From Candidatus Anstonellales archaeon (lineage in GTDB: Archaea; Micrarchaeota; Micrarchaeia; Anstonellales; J096): a DNA stretch of 64,000 nt. A program made the position numbers and the translations under genes. How positions within the stretch are numbered: the first letter of the stretch is position 1; the number at the start of each line of letters is the position of its first letter. The notes beneath the pieces were generated by a model, which searched no databases, was not told the origin of the DNA, and saw only the letters and a list, made by a program, of their open reading frames with translations. Of the stretch, positions 58,137 through 64,000 are shown one piece after another. The stretch lies in assembly GCA_038890745.1 (NCBI GenBank), contig JAWAFD010000003.1, forward strand, positions 12,442 through 76,441, read 5' to 3'.

Positions 58137-58664
58137 TTATAATTCAAGTTCCTTTATTATTCTGCTCGTTTTAAATTTTTTTTCATTCAGCGATTTTTTC
58201 AGTTTAACAATCCTCGCGCCCTCAACATGAAACTCCTTCTGATCATACCCAAAAACAACCACATCCGGCTTAACAAGTTTTATCGTGTCCTCAAATTTGC
58301 TTTTTCCAACAATCGCCAAATCAACAGGCTTTAAAGCATTCACAATAAACGCCCGGTATTCCTGATTGTTTACAGGTTTTCTTTTTTTGAATTTCTTAAC
58401 TGTTTTATCCGTAGCCACAACCACAACCAGAACATCGCCTAACTTTTTAGCTTCATAAAGAGTAAAGATATGACCTGCATGCAGGATGTCAAAAACCCCT
58501 CCTGTTAGAACCACTTTTATCTTCCTCCTTTCATCCTCCCTCAAAAAATACCTCCCGCCAATTTTGTCCAACATCATCTTTTCGTCTATACTGAGCGTTC
58601 TGTATATTCTTTCAGGAATCCCACCGTATTTCAACTGAAGGATAAAAAGCTCCTTTGCAGGCAT
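58137..58664 (-). CDS. Cytidylyltransferase-like nucleotidyltransferase (RibL FAD synthase / CoaD-like family)
   Basis: 175 aa. (H/T)xGH motif [12 protein letters not shown] of the nucleotidyltransferase alpha/beta phosphodiesterase superfamily. Confidence 0.6.
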   Translation of the reverse strand: MPAKELFILQLKYGGIPERIYRTLSIDEKMMLDKIGGRYFLREDERRKIKVVLTGGVFDILHAGHIFTLYEAKKLGDVLVVVVATDKTVKKFKKRKPVNNQEYRAFIVNALKPVDLAIVGKSKFEDTIKLVKPDVVVFGYDQKEFHVEGARIVKLKKSLNEKKFKTSRIIKELEL

Positions 58665-58687
58665 GTAAAAAAATTGGAAACAAAGTT

Positions 58688-59104
58688 TTATAACCTCTCT
58701 CTTTTCTCGGCTATTCTTGAGGATGCGTAAAGCACCATTGCGATCGTAAAAAGCGCGGCGGCTTCGCCCATCATTAAAAATGTCAGCGATTCAAGCGGCT
58801 TGTCCCATATTGTATTGTGGAGAATTTGGTAGGGTCTAAGATTCCAAAGTTCTGGTTTTATTCTCATCGGTAGGTCCACCAGACTTCCAAAAATAGTTTT
58901 AGCCATTGGTTCAGGAATCATAAAAAGAGCGATAAATTGGAAGGGAACGGTTGTAAGCCCAAGGAGAGAAAAGTCACCAAGCTGCATAAGTTTCTCGGAT
59001 AGAGGGGGTGTATTTTGAAATGCCCTGGTTTCTTTACCTTCTTCTCTATGTATTTTGTTTTTTTGCATGGTTTTTTTTGTGCATAAAAAATTATAAAAAC
59101 CCAT
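58688..59104 (-). CDS. Hypothetical membrane protein
   Basis: 138 aa, 2-3 hydrophobic segments. Confidence 0.3.
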   Translation of the reverse strand: MGFYNFLCTKKTMQKNKIHREEGKETRAFQNTPPLSEKLMQLGDFSLLGLTTVPFQFIALFMIPEPMAKTIFGSLVDLPMRIKPELWNLRPYQILHNTIWDKPLESLTFLMMGEAAALFTIAMVLYASSRIAEKRERL

Positions 59105-59144
59105 CGGAAGAACGAATAAAAACTCTTTCCTCCATTATCTTTTC

Positions 59145-59834
59145 ATGCCCGAGGAAAAGCCCGTTACGAAGGATGCACAAAAACAGGAAAAACCAAAAGA
59201 AGAGACGCAGCAAGCAGTGGGTATGCCAAACCCCCGAAAAATAAGCTCAATCGTAATTGCCCTTGATGATTATAACGATATATTCTCTGATTTTGACCTT
59301 AGCCCATACCAACAGAGGCTTCTTTCCGACGACTTTTTAAAGGAGATACAGAAAAGATATGTTGAAAGCAAGAAGGGTGATATCGAAGTAAAATTTTCTC
59401 TTCCTGCTGCTTTGAGGGACCAAAAAATTGAAGGGATAATAAAAAAGCGTCTCAGAGAATACTTTAATTTTCAAGTAAAGGAGTTGGACGAGGAGATTAG
59501 AAAAAGAAGGATAAACGGAGCAGTGTATATTGTTGTTGGCTTTTTCCTTCTCGCGATAGAGTATGGTTTGGCCGAAGGGCATTTTACAGAATCAATTCCA
59601 CGAGCCATTGGAATTCTCCTCCTACCGGCTGGATGGTTCAGCATGTGGAACGGGCTTGAGCTTCTCATACAAATCCCGGAAAAGATATCTGAACAGAGAA
59701 AGCTTTATAGAAAATTTGCTAAGGCCGACTACCTCTTTGTTTCTGAAGAAGAGCTTGAGGAGATGGAAAAGAAAGAGCAGGAACAGATAAAGCAAAAATG
59801 GGCAGAACAGACTCGCTTGAGCATTGTTCCATAA
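59145..59834 (+). CDS. Hypothetical membrane protein with Lys/Glu-rich termini
   Basis: 229 aa. Central TM pair (AVYIVVGFFLLAIEYGL / AIGILLLPAGWFSMW). Confidence 0.35.
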   Translation: MPEEKPVTKDAQKQEKPKEETQQAVGMPNPRKISSIVIALDDYNDIFSDFDLSPYQQRLLSDDFLKEIQKRYVESKKGDIEVKFSLPAALRDQKIEGIIKKRLREYFNFQVKELDEEIRKRRINGAVYIVVGFFLLAIEYGLAEGHFTESIPRAIGILLLPAGWFSMWNGLELLIQIPEKISEQRKLYRKFAKADYLFVSEEELEEMEKKEQEQIKQKWAEQTRLSIVP

Positions 59835-60689
59835 CTATTCCTCAAGCACGTTTAACCCTATTCTCTTCGCATACTCAAAAACCTTTTCATACTCTTCCGG
59901 CGTGATCCTTCTGTTTATTTCTGGAAATTCTTTTGCTCTGTAGTATGGAAAGTACTGTGCCATCACGTTCACTGCCGCATCCGGAGTATTTTCCTTTATC
60001 CAGTCCATTATTCTTATTGAATCCTCAGTATGGTTTGGCATCACAAGATGCCTTATCAAAACCCCCTCAACAGCTATTCCATTCCTAACCTTCAAACCTC
60101 CTTTTTGCCCGTACATTTCTTTTATGCATTCTGCCGCAACCTTTCCGTAATCCGGCGCGTTCAGATATTTTCTTGCGGCCTCTTTATCCATAAACTTAAA
60201 ATCCGGCATGTATATTTCAACAACGCCGTCCAGCATTTTTATTACATCAACAGAATCATACGTTCCTGTGTTGTACACGATCGGAATTTTCATCCCCATA
60301 TCCCTTGCTCTCTGTATCGCATCAACTATAAATGCGACCTGATGGGTTGGGGTTACTAGGTTTATGTTGTGGCATCCGTTCCTTTCAAGCTCAAGCATCA
60401 TCTCAGCTATTCTTTCTACGCTTGTTTCATACCCATCCATCAAGTGTGAGATGTCGTAGTTTTGGCAAAAAACGCACCCAAGATTACATCCAGTAAAAAA
60501 TATTGTTCCTGACCCCCTCCGTCCCCTTATTACCTTCTCCTCCCCATGATGAGGAAAGTAGGAGGAGACCATCGGCTTTCCATCAACTTTACAATACCCT
60601 CTCTGCCCGGCCATTCTGTTTACTCCGCATTTTCTTGGGCAGAGGTCGCATCTTTTCATTCTTTCATACAGAATTTCTGCCACTCTCAT
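59835..60689 (-). CDS. Radical SAM enzyme (PflX/PflA-activase-like; possible AmmeMemoRadiSam-system partner)
   Basis: 284 aa. N-terminal CDLCPRKC and radical SAM cluster CNLGCVFCQN (CxxxCxxC). Confidence 0.65.
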   Translation of the reverse strand: MRVAEILYERMKRCDLCPRKCGVNRMAGQRGYCKVDGKPMVSSYFPHHGEEKVIRGRRGSGTIFFTGCNLGCVFCQNYDISHLMDGYETSVERIAEMMLELERNGCHNINLVTPTHQVAFIVDAIQRARDMGMKIPIVYNTGTYDSVDVIKMLDGVVEIYMPDFKFMDKEAARKYLNAPDYGKVAAECIKEMYGQKGGLKVRNGIAVEGVLIRHLVMPNHTEDSIRIMDWIKENTPDAAVNVMAQYFPYYRAKEFPEINRRITPEEYEKVFEYAKRIGLNVLEE

Positions 60690-61978
60690 GGGTACACTCT
60701 TGTGATTGTTCTCGGGAACGGGATTGCATCCCTTATGTTTTCAAGATTTAAAACCCATTTCACAAACCTTTCAATTCCCAACCCAAACCCTGAGTGGGGA
60801 ATGCTTCCATACCTTCTCAGGTCAACATACCATTCGTAATCCTTTGGGTCCAGCTTAACCTCTTTCATCCTTGCTTCAAGCTCATCAAGTTTCCATATCC
60901 TTTCGCTCCCGCCTATGATCTCGCCGTGTCCTTTTGGCGCGAGCATATCATCGCACAGAACAGTACCTGGTTTTTTCGGGTCTTCTGGCATGTAGAATGG
61001 TTTTATTTTCTTAGGAAAATTGTGCACAAATATAGGCACATCATACTCCTCTGTCAGAATTGCCTCCTCATCAGCCCCAAAATCATCCCCATACCTCATT
61101 TTTCCTCCTAACCCATTCACTTTTTCAACTGCCTTTTCGTAATCTAGTCTTGGAAAAGGCGGCTTGACTTTCTTCAGCTCTTTTTCATCCCTTCCAAGAA
61201 TTTCTAAAATATCCGCGTTCTCTTTCACAAATTTCTGCACCGCATACGAAACCATCTGCTCCTGAATCTCCATGTTTTCTTTTTGCTCTACCCATGCCAT
61301 CTCGGGTTCAAGGTGCCAGTACTCAGCTAGGTGTTTTCTTGTTCTGCTCTTTTCTGCCCTGAAAGAGGGTGCAAGCACATACACCCTCTCCAGCCCAAAC
61401 ATCATCGCCTCTGCATAGAGCTGGGAGCTTTGTGTAAGGTAAGCTTTGCTTCCAAAATAATCTATCTCAAACATGTCTGCTCCTCCTTCACTTCCGCTTT
61501 TTGTTATTATTGGAGGAGCAACTTCGTAAAATCCATGCCCATTCAACCATTCCCTTAAGTATTCGACTAGAAAATGCCTTCCCTTCATTATCGCATTCAT
61601 CTTCCTGCTCCTTAGCCAAAGATGCCTAACATCCAATAAAAATTCCTCGCTCAAATCCTTCTGTATCGGAAAAGGAAGGCCTTGATGCACGACCTCGATT
61701 TCAGAAATTTTTATTTCATATCCGCCCGGCGCCCGCTCATCTTTCTTCATCTCTCCTTTCACCAAGATCGAGCTTTCAATGTATAGGTTTTCAGCATTCC
61801 TCCAAACCTTTTCCTCAACCCCATCCTTTTTCACAACCCCCTGTATTATTCCGCTCCCATCCCTCACAACTATGAATATTTTATCCTCCCCTAATATCCT
61901 ATGCCTGTACACCCATCCTCTTACGCTTACTTTTTTTCCTTCTTTCGCATCTTTAAGCAAATCTTTTATGCTCATCAT
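60686..61978 (-). CDS. asnS: Asparaginyl-tRNA synthetase
   Basis: 430 aa. OB fold (VSVRGWVYRHRILGEDKIFIVVRDGSG). Motif 2 FRAEKSRTRKHLAEYWHLEPEMAW (AsnRS-type). Motif 3 GSIPHSGFGLGIERF. Confidence 0.75.
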   Translation of the reverse strand: MMSIKDLLKDAKEGKKVSVRGWVYRHRILGEDKIFIVVRDGSGIIQGVVKKDGVEEKVWRNAENLYIESSILVKGEMKKDERAPGGYEIKISEIEVVHQGLPFPIQKDLSEEFLLDVRHLWLRSRKMNAIMKGRHFLVEYLREWLNGHGFYEVAPPIITKSGSEGGADMFEIDYFGSKAYLTQSSQLYAEAMMFGLERVYVLAPSFRAEKSRTRKHLAEYWHLEPEMAWVEQKENMEIQEQMVSYAVQKFVKENADILEILGRDEKELKKVKPPFPRLDYEKAVEKVNGLGGKMRYGDDFGADEEAILTEEYDVPIFVHNFPKKIKPFYMPEDPKKPGTVLCDDMLAPKGHGEIIGGSERIWKLDELEARMKEVKLDPKDYEWYVDLRRYGSIPHSGFGLGIERFVKWVLNLENIRDAIPFPRTITRVYP

Positions 61979-62985
61979 ATCTGCCCCGCAAGCTCTTTCA
62001 GCTCCCCCTTTATAAAATACCTCCTTTTTTTGAAAGCTGCGATGTTTTCACTTCCTGTTAAAAATAGGACGTTCCTGAACTGCATCTTCCATTTTTCTAT
62101 TTCCTCTTCAAGCCTTTTTTCATAAAGCGCTTTCAAAAAAGGGTATGCTCCGCCGAACATCTCAGCACCCAACGCAATTGCCTTTGCCCCATCCACACCA
62201 CTCCTTATTCCTCCGCTCGCAATTATTTTAACAACCCCTTTGCACATGAGAATGCTCAATGCAGTTGGGATCCCCCATTCCTCGAATCCTTCTGGTTCTC
62301 CGCCCCTCGCGTACTCTATCCTACTCCAGCTTGTTCCTCCTTTTCCTGCAACATCCACCCAACCCACCCCTGCTTCTTTCAGCTGCCATGCAACAGAAAA
62401 ACTTATTCCAGCGCCGGTCTCCTTTACGATTACTGGAAAGCTAGCATCCATCACCAGCTCCTCTATTTTTGAGAGAACGCCCTTCCAGTTCTTATCTCCT
62501 TCTCGTTGTATGCTTTCTTGAAGAGGATTGAGATGAACAGCCAGCGCATCTGCCTCAATTCCATTTACCATGTCCTCTATCTGCTTTATAGAATAATTTT
62601 TCAGCTGGCATGCACCTATGTTCCCTATAACAGGAATCGATGGAGCAACATCCTTTACGTAATACGTCTCTTTCATATTTCTGTCTTCAAGCATTGCTCT
62701 CTGGCTTCCCAGCCCAAGAGCGATCCTGTGGGTTTCGCATGTCTCTGCCAATTTTATGTTTATCCTTCCCGCTTCCTCAAACCCACCGGTAACCGCGGTG
62801 ATCATCATCGGTGCCGATAGGGTTTTTCCTAAAAATTTGTAACTTATGTCTATTTCTTTTCTATCCATTTCGGGGAGGGAGTTATGCACAAGCACTACAT
62901 CCTCAAATAAGCTTTTTCCTGTGTACTGCATTCCTTCATCCAGTGAAATCTTTATATGATCCTCCTTCCTTTTTTTTATGCTCAT
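61975..62985 (-). CDS. fni: Isopentenyl-diphosphate delta-isomerase type 2 (FMN-dependent)
   Basis: 336 aa. MMITAVTGG, GLGSQR, IIASGGIRSGVDGAKAIALGA. Confidence 0.8.
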   Translation of the reverse strand: MSIKKRKEDHIKISLDEGMQYTGKSLFEDVVLVHNSLPEMDRKEIDISYKFLGKTLSAPMMITAVTGGFEEAGRINIKLAETCETHRIALGLGSQRAMLEDRNMKETYYVKDVAPSIPVIGNIGACQLKNYSIKQIEDMVNGIEADALAVHLNPLQESIQREGDKNWKGVLSKIEELVMDASFPVIVKETGAGISFSVAWQLKEAGVGWVDVAGKGGTSWSRIEYARGGEPEGFEEWGIPTALSILMCKGVVKIIASGGIRSGVDGAKAIALGAEMFGGAYPFLKALYEKRLEEEIEKWKMQFRNVLFLTGSENIAAFKKRRYFIKGELKELAGQI

Positions 62986-63818
62986 TTTTTCCCCTCTATC
63001 ACAAAACTTCCGTACCCAACAACACCCTCGCTCTCAGCACTGTACCCAGATACCTTTACATCGCCAGAATTCGCATAATGTAAAAATTTTGCTTTATAGT
63101 CTGAAAGTTTTGAGTAAATAAGGAGTGCGGCGACAGGCCCAACACCGCATACAGAAAGTTCGTTCTTCTCAACAATTTCTATGAATTTTCTCGCATCGTT
63201 TGTTTCTATTCCTTTTATCGCAAGCCCATCCAAAACAGTTGCTTTGTTTGGAGGGATATAATGATTTAAATCCGTGCTTGCTATTACAACAACTTTTTCG
63301 CTCTCTACCCCTCTATAAATTGCTGTTCCTACATCCTCTGCAAAATCAAACCCCTGCTCCATCATGCTTATGGGGACTATTTTTATTTCAGGGTTTATGG
63401 TTTGCAAAAACGGAATCTGCACCTCTATACTATGCTCCCTCCTATGCCCTTCCTCATCAAAATCTATATACTGCCCCTCGCTTTGGATTTTTTTTCCTGT
63501 TTCCTTATCATTTTTCACAACTCCCAAAGGCGTCTGCCAATCCTCAAGAGAAAGGGAAATTATGCTTCCGGCCCCATAATGGTTTGGACCTATTAAAATT
63601 GCTGTTTCTGCTTTTTTTATCCTTTCCTCAAGAGCAGCGAAGGTTACACCTGCGACCTTACCAGAAAAAACATATCCTGCGTGCGGAACTATCCCACCGT
63701 AATATTTCATGCTCGGTTTTACTTTGCTCCTTCCGAACTCTAGAGCTTCTTCAACCATTTTCTTGAGCTGCCTCGCGCTTACAGGATAAAAACTTCCAGC
63801 GACAGCAGGAAACCTCAT
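62982..63818 (-). CDS. MEMO1-family protein (AmmeMemoRadiSam system protein B)
   Basis: 278 aa. AGSFYP N-terminus, VPHAGYVFSG, dioxygenase-like metal-binding pattern. Confidence 0.75.
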   Translation of the reverse strand: MRFPAVAGSFYPVSARQLKKMVEEALEFGRSKVKPSMKYYGGIVPHAGYVFSGKVAGVTFAALEERIKKAETAILIGPNHYGAGSIISLSLEDWQTPLGVVKNDKETGKKIQSEGQYIDFDEEGHRREHSIEVQIPFLQTINPEIKIVPISMMEQGFDFAEDVGTAIYRGVESEKVVVIASTDLNHYIPPNKATVLDGLAIKGIETNDARKFIEIVEKNELSVCGVGPVAALLIYSKLSDYKAKFLHYANSGDVKVSGYSAESEGVVGYGSFVIEGKK

Positions 63819-63825
63819 CCTATCA

Positions 63826-64000
63826 TCACCTCGCTAACGGATACCTCTCCATGTACATGTGAGCCTGAACAAAAGAAAGGTATGGCAATAGCAAAACTCC
63901 GTTGAAAAACAAAACAACATACCTTGCTATCTCGTAAGGCAGTATTGATTGTGCTACTAACTCAACCATCCCTAAAACAGCAAACCCAAAAACCGCCCAC
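63826..64000 (-). CDS. Partial CDS (C-terminal fragment of a hydrophobic protein; 5' end outside window)
   Basis: Open minus-strand frame from the window edge to TGA at 63826-63828. Translation ...WAVFGFAVLGMVELVAQSILPYEIARYVVLFFNGVLLLPYLSF...ERYPLAR. Confidence 0.3.
   Translation of the reverse strand, partial: WAVFGFAVLGMVELVAQSILPYEIARYVVLFFNGVLLLPYLSFVQAHMYMERYPLAR

Overview
This is an AT-rich archaeal window, probably from a small-genome DPANN-like archaeon. That placement is an inference from the archaeal-type 16S, intron-containing tRNA, eukaryote-like ribosomal proteins (L7Ae/S28e/L24e/S3Ae), NAC, Dph2, Hjc and the unlinked 16S. Main features, in order:

- **16S rRNA (1226-3993):** a stand-alone gene interrupted by two large insertions. 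One carries an ORF for an HTH + PD-(D/E)xK (Vsr/DUF559-like) nuclease. Two copies of the same 38-nt palindromic hairpin sit at two different sites in the gene.
- **Type III-A CRISPR-Cas locus (8160-23077):** cas6, csm5, csm4, csm3, csm2 and cas10 (HD + GGDD) on the minus strand, preceded by a CARF-HEPN Csx1/Csm6-like RNase that appears fused to a C-terminal DUF1874/Crn2 ring-nuclease domain. A Csa3-like CARF-wHTH regulator is divergent from a cas4-like (Fe-S-less)-cas1-cas2 adaptation module. A ~63-repeat array with a 37-nt repeat follows; it contains duplicated, variant and overlapping spacers.
- **Rest of the window, housekeeping and transport:** two ECF-type transporter modules; a nucleoside-salvage cluster (MTAP, PNP/UDP, MtaD-like deaminase, SurE); the ribosomal/NDK operon; mevalonate-pathway genes (mvk, fni); purH, nth, hjc, dph2, mre11, aspS and asnS; MEMO1 plus a radical SAM enzyme; a ZIP transporter; and several secreted or surface proteins, including a TSP3-repeat Cys-rich protein and a beta-helix protein.
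- **tRNAs and repeats:** two tRNAs, Thr(TGT) and an intron-containing Ile(GAT). The Ile tRNA is adjacent to a ~500-bp complex G/C-rich structured repeat block.
- **Duplication:** a 203-bp perfect tandem duplication spans the overlap between two convergent genes.
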